From the NCBI GenBank assembly GCA_024278215.1, contig JAJRTR010000014.1, positions 1 through 32,296 of the forward strand: DNA of 32,296 bases. The letters are read 5' to 3'. Origin of the DNA: a bacterium (GTDB lineage: Bacteria; UBP15; UBA6099; JAJRTR01). Of this stretch, positions 9,812-21,736 are shown one piece after another (the first letter of the stretch is position 1; each line of letters begins with the position of its first letter). The notes under the pieces were generated by a model, which worked only from the letters and a program-made list of their open reading frames with translations, was not told where the DNA came from and ran no database searches. Both the position numbers and the translations under genes were made by a program.

Positions 9812-9877
9812 GAAAAGCCGTGTCGCGAAATACGAAGATTAGTCAGTTTATATAACAAAGATCATAACAACTTAATT

Positions 9878-12587
<2,710 letters not shown>

Positions 12588-12589
12588 GC

Positions 12590-13746
12590 AAGTCTTTCAA
12601 AGCACGAAGTTCTGCCTCATCGCTGCGTATGGACACTCGCGAGATAAACGCCGCGACAAGAAACAGGTGGTGCTTGCGCTGGTGTGCGACCGCTTCGGCT
12701 TCCCCTTCCACTCCGAGGTGCTTCCCGGAAACACTGCCGACAAAAGCACGGCGTCCGCCCTTATCAAAAAATCAAAAAATGAATACGGCCTCAACGACTG
12801 CATTGTCGTCGGCGACAGAGGCATGATAAGCAGCGGCAACTTCAAATCAATACAGGCGGCTGACATGGGCTACCTCATGGCGCTGACCCGCGCCCACATG
12901 GCCTCGGATCTAAAAGAACACGAAGACGACATCCTCGCCATGAAGCACGAGCAGACACTGCTCATAGACGAAGGCAAGGCGTACTACATCGTATATTTCA
13001 ATCAGGAAGAGAAAGACGAAAAAAGCGCAGGGCGCACCCGCCGCCTGAGCCGCATGTGTGAAGCCTTCCGCGCCATAGAAAAAATGATCGCATCCGGCAG
13101 AATCAAAACACCGCAGGAAATCGGCGAACAGGTCGGAAAAGCAAAACAAAAGCACAAATGCGGCAAGTACATCAAATGGACCTACGAAGAAAAAAGCAAA
13201 GAACTTTCATTCGAAATCAAGAAAGAAAAAGTGAAAGAGGACGAAAAATGGGACGGGCTGCTCGTACTAAAATCCAACAGAAAGAAAATGAAAACCCCCG
13301 AATCAGTGGACACCTACAAAGGCCTGCAGAACGTCGAACAAGCATTCAGATCGCTCAAGTCCATCCTGGACATCCGCCCGATCCACCACCACAAAGACCT
13401 CTACGTGCGCGGCCACATCTACATCTGCATCCTGGCATATCTCCTCGAAAAATACATCGGCTTCGTCCTCCATGAACACGGCATCAACACCCGTGTCGGC
13501 TCGATCCTCAAAACACTTTCAACCATCAACATCAGCGAAATCGTCTCGCCTGACGGCAGCGTTATAAAAAAAACCATCTCCAGCGTCTCGGACGAACAAA
13601 ACGAAATCCTCGCCCACTTCGGGATAACCCGCCGGCAGATGACAAAAGAAATCCTGGGGGGAAAAATGCCTGGCTACTGATATTCATTTTTCCCACCACT
13701 ACTGGCTTTATACCCATTTCCCTCTTCGCTTCGCGTCCATGTTACG
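12590..13746 (+). mobile_element. 5'-truncated IS1634-family insertion sequence remnant
   Basis: Transposase homology begins right after the ligA stop; right end estimated near GTCCATGTTACG (~13746), where an RHS fragment starts; no left end visible. Confidence 0.7.
12592..13680 (+). pseudogene. IS1634-family DDE transposase, N-terminally truncated
   Basis: In frame: FCLIAAYGHSRDKRRDKKQVVLALVCDRFGFP...PGNTAD, VVGDRGMIS, VEQAFRSLKS.LDIRPIHH...VRGHIYICILAY; lacks the N-terminus and the first catalytic Asp (YDxTS). Confidence 0.85.
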
Positions 13747-13953
13747 TTGTACGAATTCGAGCGACAGGCAAACGGAACCGATACCCTCGCTGCCCGCCAC
13801 ACACACGGACCCGGCGTGGATGATCCGCTCTACACCCAGACCAGAGCGACGGATTATTACTACTACCACAAAGATGGGTTAGGGAGCGTGCGTGAAATTA
13901 CAAATGAAGTCGGAGAAGTCGTCCAGAGAAACGAGTATGATTCATCCGGCAAC
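13747..13953 (+). pseudogene. RHS repeat-associated core fragment
   Basis: HGPGVDDPL...YYYYHKDGLGSVREITNEVGEVVQRNEYDSSGN matches the RHS core pattern YYHxDxLGSVRxxTDxxGxVVxxYxYDxFG; truncated on both sides. Confidence 0.8.
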
Positions 13954-15666
13954 TCATATATAGCCCAGATTTCGAAGATTTTCTTCAACACTCTTTCGCT
14001 CTTCTTCCGTATAGGTATAAGTTTCAGTGGCTGGTTGATCTTCATGATGGTAGTAAGAAAGTTCATTCTTTTCCAAAAAGCATTTATCAAAAATATTCAG
14101 CAGCACATTGCCGTCCAGGTCGTCGGGGACTGGAGCTCCAGCCAGGTGAATCAGGGTAGGTGCAATGTCTGTGATGTGCGCCCCTGATATAGTCTCGCGT
14201 GTCTTGAAAGAAGGGCCGCTTGCAATAAATATTCCATTCATTCTGTGCGTGGCACTTTCTCCGATGTCAGGCTCGCCGAAAAGCGATGTTTCCTGGTGTC
14301 TTGCAAACTGGCGTGTGATGTATTTCATTCCATCCATGGAAAACAGGATGTCGGGAGCTGCATCCATATATGGTCCATTGTAGACATTCTCTTTAAAACG
14401 GATGTCGTCAACAAGAGGCCGTGTGCCGTCCGGTGTTTTGAGTTCTTTTAATTTGCTTGCGATTTCATCGCGAAGGTTTTCATATTCGTAGCCCGGTTCC
14501 ACAATCCCTGAAGGGAACCGTTTCTTATCATTTATGAATATCCTACCTATATAGCCATGAGAGAAAGCTTTTGTCCTGGTCCAGTCTATGTACTCCTCTT
14601 GAAGTAATGAAGGAGAAACTACAGACCAGAAAAGTCTGTCCACAATTCTTTCGTTTGTAACACTACAGAGATTATCGAAACAATCGGCAATCAGCGCAGT
14701 CAGGTCGGGATCATTATCAAGGTGCAGCCATTTCATCATTTTACTGGATCCGAGCAATGTCTCAGCGAACTCGCCGGGACTACGGATTTTTTTCTTATTG
14801 AAACGAAGGTATCCCATGGCGCTCAACCATTGATTGATGTAGACATCTTTATATAGGGGGCCGAATCCATGATCTGAAACGATCACGATATCAGTTTCTT
14901 CTGGGAGGTCATTGACTATCATGCCGACGTGCGAGTCAAGTCTGCTCCAGAAGGTGGGCAGCAGTTTTCCGTACAACATGGAATTTATGGAAGTGTTTGC
15001 GGGGTGAGTGTGGTCCCAGTATTTCCATAGAAAATGCTGCACTCTGTCAGTGGAAGTAAATACTCCCATAAAAAAGTCGCAGGAGTTGTTGTTGATTAGC
15101 CATTGAAAAGCTTTTTTTCTGTTTCGAGTGACTTTCAGCGCGTCATAATAAAAACTGAAAACATTTTTTTGTACAAGCTTATGATTCCCTTCAACAGAAT
15201 AACTGGGGACTGCTTTTTTCAAACCGCCTATCAGGTTGGCCGGATAAGTCGCCGGTTCGACGTTGCCCGGTGTTCCCATGCCGGTGACCATAAAGCCGTC
15301 TACTTCATGGGGCGGATATGTAAGGGGTAGATTGAAAAGACCTGTGGAAATGCCGTGAGAGTTCAGGTGTTTCCAGAACATTCTATGAGCTATCGAACTG
15401 TAGTTCGCGGGGGCGAGCTTGTAGGTGTTTTCGATGTGCTGCCAGAAATCATAAATTCCGTGTCGCCCCGGGTTGAGTCCTGTGTACATCGATATCCATC
15501 CCGGCGGTGTCATGGGTTGCACAGTTGATTCAAGATTGCCGTGCACACCGTTTTTTATAAGACGGTTCAAGTGTGGCAGTACTCCTCTTTTTGCCAGGGG
15601 CATAATCACATCAAAAGTTGCTCCGTCAAGCCCGATTACAACGATTCGAGGAAATTTTTTATTCAT
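13954..15666 (-). CDS. Alkaline phosphatase superfamily protein, type I phosphodiesterase/nucleotide pyrophosphatase-like
   Basis: VIGLDGAT, LESTVQPMTPPGW.SMYTG.NPGRHGIYDF, DRVQHFLW, VSDHGFG, THRMNGIF, DIAPT, C-terminal LRNLGYI. Confidence 0.92.
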   Translation of the reverse strand: MNKKFPRIVVIGLDGATFDVIMPLAKRGVLPHLNRLIKNGVHGNLESTVQPMTPPGWISMYTGLNPGRHGIYDFWQHIENTYKLAPANYSSIAHRMFWKHLNSHGISTGLFNLPLTYPPHEVDGFMVTGMGTPGNVEPATYPANLIGGLKKAVPSYSVEGNHKLVQKNVFSFYYDALKVTRNRKKAFQWLINNNSCDFFMGVFTSTDRVQHFLWKYWDHTHPANTSINSMLYGKLLPTFWSRLDSHVGMIVNDLPEETDIVIVSDHGFGPLYKDVYINQWLSAMGYLRFNKKKIRSPGEFAETLLGSSKMMKWLHLDNDPDLTALIADCFDNLCSVTNERIVDRLFWSVVSPSLLQEEYIDWTRTKAFSHGYIGRIFINDKKRFPSGIVEPGYEYENLRDEIASKLKELKTPDGTRPLVDDIRFKENVYNGPYMDAAPDILFSMDGMKYITRQFARHQETSLFGEPDIGESATHRMNGIFIASGPSFKTRETISGAHITDIAPTLIHLAGAPVPDDLDGNVLLNIFDKCFLEKNELSYYHHEDQPATETYTYTEEERKSVEENLRNLGYI

Positions 15667-16159
15667 GTTTTTCACCGCCGATTTTCAGCCCGATATCAGA
15701 AGCGGTTTTAAGAAGTGAAGAAAGGATTTTCAATGGCGGTATGAGAATTATATTTTTCACAACGAGAGATGCGCGTTTCTTCATTTTTCTCTCGAATCGA
15801 TTCTCAATTGTTACTGTCCGGTCCGCATCGAAAAACAACACAGTATCACTTTCAATAGAATCAACGATTGCATGGATTTGAGAATAACCGGATTTCTCGG
15901 GATTATTATAGATGAATGCGACAATGGTATAATGGCGTTCTTTCAGTTCCGGCAGAACAGTATGAAGTGCTTTGTCGAAATCAAAAAACTCGTGTGGATA
16001 TGAAATAACTTTATCGACATCGGGCATGCTCAGGAAATGGGCCTCGGAATCGCCACGAGTAAGAACGTCAAGTCTGCATCCCGGGTACTTCTCTTTGAGC
16101 CATAGTATGGCCCAGTCCATTACGGAAAGCGGCGCGGTTCTAATCAGTAATATTTTCAT
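15659..16159 (-). CDS. Hypothetical protein resembling the N-terminal domain of GT9-like glycosyltransferases
   Basis: MKILLIRTAP...LKEKYPGCRLDVLT...PDVDKVI; ATGA overlap with the upstream gene and short overlap with the downstream gene. Confidence 0.65.
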   Translation of the reverse strand: MKILLIRTAPLSVMDWAILWLKEKYPGCRLDVLTRGDSEAHFLSMPDVDKVISYPHEFFDFDKALHTVLPELKERHYTIVAFIYNNPEKSGYSQIHAIVDSIESDTVLFFDADRTVTIENRFERKMKKRASLVVKNIILIPPLKILSSLLKTASDIGLKIGGEKHE

Positions 16160-17328
16160 ATCTGTTTTAGTTTTCCGGCAGTGTCCATGAAAGCACTTTC
16201 CATTCTGTCCACATATCGGTTCCATGAAAGATGTTCTTTGACAAAGATTTTTGCATTTTCTCCAATATTGCGCATTACAGCCAGTTCTTCATATAAGTAT
16301 ATAATGTAGTGTTTCAGAGCGTTGATGTCGCCGGCGTTGAATGTGAATCCGTTTTCACCGTCTGTGATAACCTCGGAGAATCCGTTGTTTCTTGAAGCAA
16401 TCACGGGAATGCCGGCAGCCATTGCCTCTGCTGCCGCAAGGCCCCATGTCTGCTCGGCAGGGTAAAGAAAAATATCCGAAGCAGCTATGCAATCATTTAG
16501 GTATCCATCGTCAACAGGACCTGTAAAGATCACTCTATCACCGATTCCCAGGTCTTCCGCCTTCTGCCTGTATCTCGTCAGCAGGCCCTCCCCTACGAAC
16601 AAAGCTTTGATCCTGCTTTCCCTAATGCCGGCAAGAGCCTCCAGTGTATGATCGACTTTCTTATGCGGCACAACCGCTCCGACCTGGATGATAAGGAAAT
16701 CATTATCTTCAATAGCAAGCCTCTTTCTTGCGGCAAACCTATCAATTGAGCCGAGTGGTTCGTCCGTACCGCTTCTTATGACAGTGAAGTCGGCACCGTA
16801 AGCATCCGAGACAAGACTGCCGGCGAAATTGCTCAAGACAATTATTCTGTCTATAGCAGACTTTACAGCCTTTCTGTCGAATATCTCAAACAGCGGCCAT
16901 TCGAGAAGATATCTCATGCCCCGTGGTTTCAGAGCATCGCTCCAGTAGTAATATGGCGGCTCGTTACACATCCATACAACAGGCGCCCCCGTCCTCTTTT
17001 TTGCGACGTATGCCGCCCATTGCGTCGGGAAATTGTGCGGATTGATAATGTCAAACGAATCATCAACAGCGTTGCCTATTCCCTTCATTCTTACAAGGTC
17101 GGCATAGCAACTGAACTCAGGTCGGCGAAGTTCTTCGGGTATCCGGGCATTTACAATCCTGATGTCAAGTCCATCAAGCAGGTCAGTGAAAGTGTTCTCT
17201 GCTTGAAGTTCACACGTAAAAACCACAGGATCGTGCCCGCAGTCCTTAAGTCCACGCGCAAGCATAAGTATCTGACGGATTCCTCCCCCGAGTCTTACTA
17301 TGGGCGTATGGAGCATTGCGATTTTCAT
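16156..17328 (-). CDS. GT4 glycosyltransferase
   Basis: MKIAML...GGGIRQ, HKK, EQTWGLAAAEAMAAGIPVIAS (EX7E), EVITDGENGF. Confidence 0.93.
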   Translation of the reverse strand: MKIAMLHTPIVRLGGGIRQILMLARGLKDCGHDPVVFTCELQAENTFTDLLDGLDIRIVNARIPEELRRPEFSCYADLVRMKGIGNAVDDSFDIINPHNFPTQWAAYVAKKRTGAPVVWMCNEPPYYYWSDALKPRGMRYLLEWPLFEIFDRKAVKSAIDRIIVLSNFAGSLVSDAYGADFTVIRSGTDEPLGSIDRFAARKRLAIEDNDFLIIQVGAVVPHKKVDHTLEALAGIRESRIKALFVGEGLLTRYRQKAEDLGIGDRVIFTGPVDDGYLNDCIAASDIFLYPAEQTWGLAAAEAMAAGIPVIASRNNGFSEVITDGENGFTFNAGDINALKHYIIYLYEELAVMRNIGENAKIFVKEHLSWNRYVDRMESAFMDTAGKLKQI

Positions 17329-17378
17329 ATTAAGCTATATTTTCTGAATAAAGTTTTCCTTCAAAATGCTGTATTGTT

Positions 17379-17556
17379 GAGCCAATTGCAAAATTCTGAG
17401 CCTGCTGCGGTCGGCTGCAATTGTCCATAGCTGCGTTGTCGGCACAAAATCTTCCTCGACGTACTCTACAAGTACGCCTGCGAGGATTTTACACCTCCGC
17501 ATTGATCCGAACAATTTCGCTCGACCTCGCTACGAACATAATTTGGCAATTGGCTC
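17379..17556. repeat. 178-bp ERIC-like palindromic repeat / MITE, copy 1
   Basis: Termini GAGCCAATTGCAAAATT / AATTTGGCAATTGGCTC; central hairpin TCCTCGACGTAC-TCTACAA-GTACGCCTGCGAGGA; about 12 mismatches (hand count) to the reverse complement of 31001-31178. Confidence 0.9.
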
Positions 17557-17637
17557 AAGAGTACAGGTGTTTTTTTGTTCATAAAACCTCACGTCTTTGG
17601 TCCACCGGCGCTTGCCGTCGCCGGATTCGGCAGGCAG

Positions 17638-18981
17638 CTACCACGCAGCCCGTGCGAGTACCTTGTTTGCGCGGTCAGCCTGTCGTTTGCAGTGTTCGCG
17701 CAGCTGCGCCATTGTCAGCTTCTGCCAGCCGTCCTGCTGCACAGGATACAGTATCTCGCGCATAACTACTTCGATGAACCTGTATTCGGGGATGCAGGGT
17801 TTTGGAACAGCCCAATCGAGCTCTTCGATAAAAGCTTCTATCTGCGGATTTTTCTTCCTGTACGCGGAGTATCTGTCCGAGTTCAGGATCGAATATCTGA
17901 GAGGAAGCATCCGCAGATATGGCAACATCTTGAAAAACATATTTGCGCCGAGCATGTATTCGACAGCTTTCCAGGCGGCGAATGTGGTGTCGGCATCGAA
18001 GCCGGCGGCGAGCGCGAAAGCGACGATGCCGTCGGAGTCGCCGAAGGTGTTTGCTCGGCAGCGGCCTTCGGGTATGCGTGTCGGGGTGTAGTCGAGGTGT
18101 CTGTATTTGCCGTGCGCGTTGGTGACGACGCTCATTTTCATAGCGATGTCGCCGTTTTCGAAATTGATATGCGAGGGCGACGAAGCGCGGCAGCGGCGGT
18201 AAATATCGAGAGCTTCGACACCTGCGTCTGTATCAAAGAGAACCTTCTTGTTTTTCAGGTTGACGAGGTCGATTCCGGCAGTAAGCAGTTGAAGGGGATA
18301 CTGGAATGAGCACTGCTGGTAGCCGAAGACGTCGGGTTTGCCGTCGCCGTCCGTGTCGCGGGTGAGTTTGCGGGCCGTGTCGATTACTTGTTCCCATGTG
18401 ACCGGTTTTCGGGCAATGCCGGCGTCACGGTACAATTGATTATTGTGGAAAAGAGCGTAGGTGTCGCCGATGAGCGGGATTCCCCATAGTTTTTCCCTGT
18501 AAGTTGCCGAATCGAGCACTGAACCGTAGCGGCTGGAATGGAAGTCCTCGCGGTCGAGCACGCGCGAATTCTCGATGAATGTGTCGAGAGGGATGATCAA
18601 GCCGGCGTCGGCGAGTTGCGCGAGGGCAGGGCCGCGTGCCATAAAAATCTGGCACGGCTCACCTTCGGAATACCAGGATGGGACTTCGAGGCTGTGGTCG
18701 CGTTCGTAGGCCCAGCCGAGGTCGCTGTCGACGTACGACGATTTCACTTCCAGCCTCTTGCTTTTCGAGTTCAGTTTTTTCAGGAACATATCCATCAGGC
18801 CGTCATATATGTAGTCCTGTCTGAGTTTCAGCCTGAATTTCGCCGGGGGCCGGGTCGCAGCCCATGCTTCGACCGTGGATAAGCCGCCTGCCGCAACCGC
18901 AAATGCGGCGGACGCGCCTGCTTTAATGAATTCGCGCCTGCCGGTGGTGGAATATTCTTTCACGTTATCATTTTCTTTCAT
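17638..18981 (-). CDS. Tat-exported extracellular solute-binding protein (family 1, sugar-type ABC SBP)
   Basis: Twin-arginine signal GRREFIK plus hydrophobic stretch and AWA; LADAGLIIPLD, LWGIP, LYRDAGI..P.TWEQV. Confidence 0.88.
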   Translation of the reverse strand: MKENDNVKEYSTTGRREFIKAGASAAFAVAAGGLSTVEAWAATRPPAKFRLKLRQDYIYDGLMDMFLKKLNSKSKRLEVKSSYVDSDLGWAYERDHSLEVPSWYSEGEPCQIFMARGPALAQLADAGLIIPLDTFIENSRVLDREDFHSSRYGSVLDSATYREKLWGIPLIGDTYALFHNNQLYRDAGIARKPVTWEQVIDTARKLTRDTDGDGKPDVFGYQQCSFQYPLQLLTAGIDLVNLKNKKVLFDTDAGVEALDIYRRCRASSPSHINFENGDIAMKMSVVTNAHGKYRHLDYTPTRIPEGRCRANTFGDSDGIVAFALAAGFDADTTFAAWKAVEYMLGANMFFKMLPYLRMLPLRYSILNSDRYSAYRKKNPQIEAFIEELDWAVPKPCIPEYRFIEVVMREILYPVQQDGWQKLTMAQLREHCKRQADRANKVLARAAW

Positions 18982-19005
18982 CGTATGCTCTCCATGAACG
19001 GTGGA

Positions 19006-20124
19006 TTAACTCTGAAAAAAATAGCAGTCGGAGTGGTCGGCGATGGTTTCGGGAGAAGTGCGCAGGAGCCGGTCGAGCCGTTTCTCGCCGGTCGGTCGTT
19101 TTTCGAGCCAGGGGCCTAAGATGTGGTCCCACAGCATCTCGCACTTGCTGCCGAGCAGGGGAAGGTGTCCGAGGTCGCGAATGACGACATACACGTAATC
19201 GGGATAACGGTGAGTACGCAGTTTTCGAGGAAAACCACGCAGTGCGTTATAAGTGTAAAGCTCGTCGCCATTGCCCGAAACGCTGAGAACGGGCATCCCG
19301 GATTCGGACGCGACCGCGCCGATCTGTCTCGTGCAGTCGATCCCTTTTATGTTGAGCCTGCCGGTCTTGAAGTACTTCCCGTAAATGTCGATTATGGATT
19401 TGGGGACATTGCTATATCCGTTCATGTTTTTGTTCTTTATATATTCGTACAGGAGCGGGTCGCCGTCACTTTTTTTAATAAGCTGCTCGGCGCGGCCCAG
19501 CCATTTGAAGAAGTATTTGTTTCTCGTGTGCGGATACAGCAAAGTAATCATATCCCATGTGAGAAGAAAGGCGCGTTCCTGTGTGAAGTCGAAGGGCATG
19601 GAAAGAGTGATGAGTCCTTCGAGTTTCGAGAGGATTGCGGAGGCGGAGGCATCGCCGTCGAGACAGCGCCGGGCGAGATATGAGACAGTCATAAGGGCAC
19701 CGCCCGCGCCGCCGCATACGCCGCCGATATATATCGTTTCGCCGCAGATTTCAGAGAGCAGATTTATTATTGCGGGTATGTCGGTGGAGGCATAGTTGTC
19801 GAAGGAAGCGGCCGCGCCGCTCCTGCGCGCGCTGAGGCCGAGTCCGCTGAGGTCGGGTACGAAAACATTGTGTCCGTGCAACGCGCCGAGGCGGGTGAAA
19901 TAGAGAAGCGTGTGGTGATTGCCGGGGGGGCCGGGGAAAAAGAGGAGCGTCTTTTTTCCGGTGTCTTTTTCCGGGGCGGTGTGCAGGAGAAAGATGCTGT
20001 TATCTCGCGCGGGCGCGGATCGGGGCGTGTCGGGGTCGAAATAGATATAGCGACCTTCGACGCCGCTGCCTACGACGAGCCGCCTGATACCCGCGGGTAA
20101 GTTTTCTTCCTTGTATTCGGTCAT
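19006..20124 (-). CDS. Alpha/beta-hydrolase fold protein with a Cys nucleophile elbow
   Basis: VFVPDLSGLGLS, FDNYASTDIPA, GGVCGG, SGNGDEL, LGHLPLL; ATG 20124 has a GGAG RBS. Confidence 0.8.
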   Translation of the reverse strand: MTEYKEENLPAGIRRLVVGSGVEGRYIYFDPDTPRSAPARDNSIFLLHTAPEKDTGKKTLLFFPGPPGNHHTLLYFTRLGALHGHNVFVPDLSGLGLSARRSGAAASFDNYASTDIPAIINLLSEICGETIYIGGVCGGAGGALMTVSYLARRCLDGDASASAILSKLEGLITLSMPFDFTQERAFLLTWDMITLLYPHTRNKYFFKWLGRAEQLIKKSDGDPLLYEYIKNKNMNGYSNVPKSIIDIYGKYFKTGRLNIKGIDCTRQIGAVASESGMPVLSVSGNGDELYTYNALRGFPRKLRTHRYPDYVYVVIRDLGHLPLLGSKCEMLWDHILGPWLEKRPTGEKRLDRLLRTSPETIADHSDCYFFQS

Positions 20125-20161
20125 ATTCGCTCCGGTCATTGTGTGTGCGGGCACAGGATGC

Positions 20162-20866
20162 CTATTGAGTTCTTTTCTTCTCGATGTTCTGCTGTTGCCG
20201 CAACTTGATAATCCGCCCGCTCCCGACGATGCCGCGCAGCAGGACACACGGATAGACAAGCGTGTTTTTTCCTATAATAGTACCCGGCATAGTCACCGAG
20301 TTGCAGCCGATCTCCGCGCCGTCGCCGAGAATAGCGCCGAGTTTGCGCAACCCGGTGGCGATCACTTCGCCGCCGATCGTAAGCGACACGTTCCGTTCGC
20401 CGGTATCAATTTTGAAGTTTGCGAGTTTTGTGCCCGCGCCGAGATTCACGCCCACGCCGAGTATGCTGTCGCCGACATAGGCGAAATGTGCCGCTTTCGC
20501 ACCGTTGAGAAAGACCGAGTTTTTCACTTCCGTCGTGTGGCCGATCACACAACCGTCGCCCGCGACGAGATTGCCCCTGATGTACGCGCCCTGCCGGATC
20601 ACACAATCGCGACCGATTATTGCCGGGCCGGTGATTGTCGCTCCGTTCTCGATGACTGTGCCTTCGCCGACAGCGATTTTGTCTTTATTCGCAAGCCATG
20701 CACCGGCGGGCACAGCGCACTCGATGTTATACTCATTATATGCCGCAAGGTAACTTTTTATCGCGCTGAGTGTTTCCCAGACATTCGCCACTCCGTCGAA
20801 AAGGCCGCGAAACGGGAATCTTTCAAGGTCGAAGTATTTATCTACAGGTTCAATAGCTGATGTCAT
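20162..20866 (-). CDS. Stand-alone left-handed beta-helix (hexapeptide) acyltransferase, GlmU/G1P-thymidylyltransferase C-terminal-like
   Basis: IENGATITGPAIIG, GAYIRGN, EVKNSVF...AAHFAYVGDSILG..VNLGAGTKLAN, KLGAILGD..IGCNSV..PG. Confidence 0.88.
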   Translation of the reverse strand: MTSAIEPVDKYFDLERFPFRGLFDGVANVWETLSAIKSYLAAYNEYNIECAVPAGAWLANKDKIAVGEGTVIENGATITGPAIIGRDCVIRQGAYIRGNLVAGDGCVIGHTTEVKNSVFLNGAKAAHFAYVGDSILGVGVNLGAGTKLANFKIDTGERNVSLTIGGEVIATGLRKLGAILGDGAEIGCNSVTMPGTIIGKNTLVYPCVLLRGIVGSGRIIKLRQQQNIEKKRTQ

Positions 20867-20878
20867 CGTGAGTTCCTT

Positions 20879-21715
20879 TCACCCGGCTGAAATATTGCGT
20901 TTCGTCAAATAAGTAAACCATGTATCTTTTTCATAGATTTTAAGGCATTTTCGCCCCGATTTGTCTATCAGCGCGGAAATTTCATCATGTTGTTCGCTGC
21001 CGTGGATACCCGAAATGAGCAGCCAGTCTCTATTGTAATATTCGGGGTAATCGAACAACTTTTCAATTACCTGGAGATAAATGTTTGAAATCACGAGGTC
21101 CGCGTCATGATGCAGGTGCGAGAAGACATCGTCGTTGTGGAGAGTCACCCTGTCGGCGACGCCGTTGAGATCGAGGCATACGCGGGCGGCATCGGTGGCC
21201 ATCGTGGTGTAATCGACCGCGGTCGAGTGAGACGCGCCGAGCCTGAGCGCGGCGATGCTGAGGATGCCTGTGCCGCAGCCGAGGTCGAGAATACGGCGCG
21301 GCGCGGCGAGCGAGAATATCTCGCGCAGGGCTTCGAGGCAGCAGAATGTGGTAGCGTGGAAACCTGTGCCGAAAGCGACGCCCGGATCAAGGGTTATGGG
21401 GATTTCGCCCTCTTCGGGTTCACGCATATCCCACGTGGGGCACACGAGAAAGCCCGCGATCCTGCGGGCGGTGATCGGTTGGCCCGCCTCCCAGTTTTCA
21501 TAGTCGATTTCAGTCTCGGAAAGATACTCGGCGCTGTCGAGACCGGCGACGAATTCTTTCACCTGCGCCTCGTGTGGAGATTCGAAAAACAGAAGAGTAG
21601 TGCCGCTGTCTTCCCAGCGAGCGAGCAGCGCGTCGCCGAAACGTTCCGCGGCGCCGGGCGTGTCGCCCTGCACGGTGTAGATAAAGAGCTTTTCGTAGGA
21701 TTTAAGACGTGGCAC
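20879..21715 (-). CDS. prmA: Ribosomal protein L11 methyltransferase
   Basis: LDPGVAFGTGFHATT, LDLGCGTGILSIAA, ADLVISNI, LLISGI; GTG start. Confidence 0.88.
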   Translation of the reverse strand: MPRLKSYEKLFIYTVQGDTPGAAERFGDALLARWEDSGTTLLFFESPHEAQVKEFVAGLDSAEYLSETEIDYENWEAGQPITARRIAGFLVCPTWDMREPEEGEIPITLDPGVAFGTGFHATTFCCLEALREIFSLAAPRRILDLGCGTGILSIAALRLGASHSTAVDYTTMATDAARVCLDLNGVADRVTLHNDDVFSHLHHDADLVISNIYLQVIEKLFDYPEYYNRDWLLISGIHGSEQHDEISALIDKSGRKCLKIYEKDTWFTYLTKRNISAG

Positions 21716-21736
21716 GTGTATATGGTGGAGCGCCGT

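Noticed and set aside
13747..14187. 146-aa ORF as a complete RHS toxin gene
   Set aside because: RHS similarity ends at about 13953; the rest is antisense to the phosphodiesterase, with no PxxxxDPxG motif, toxin domain or immunity gene
17421..17765. Near-identical peptides (SIAALSAQN.PRRTLQVRLRGFYTSAL) in ORFs 17421..17765 (+) and 30975..31499 (-) suggesting a small protein family
   Set aside because: They are translations of the 178-bp DNA repeat, and both ORFs overlap real genes on the opposite strand
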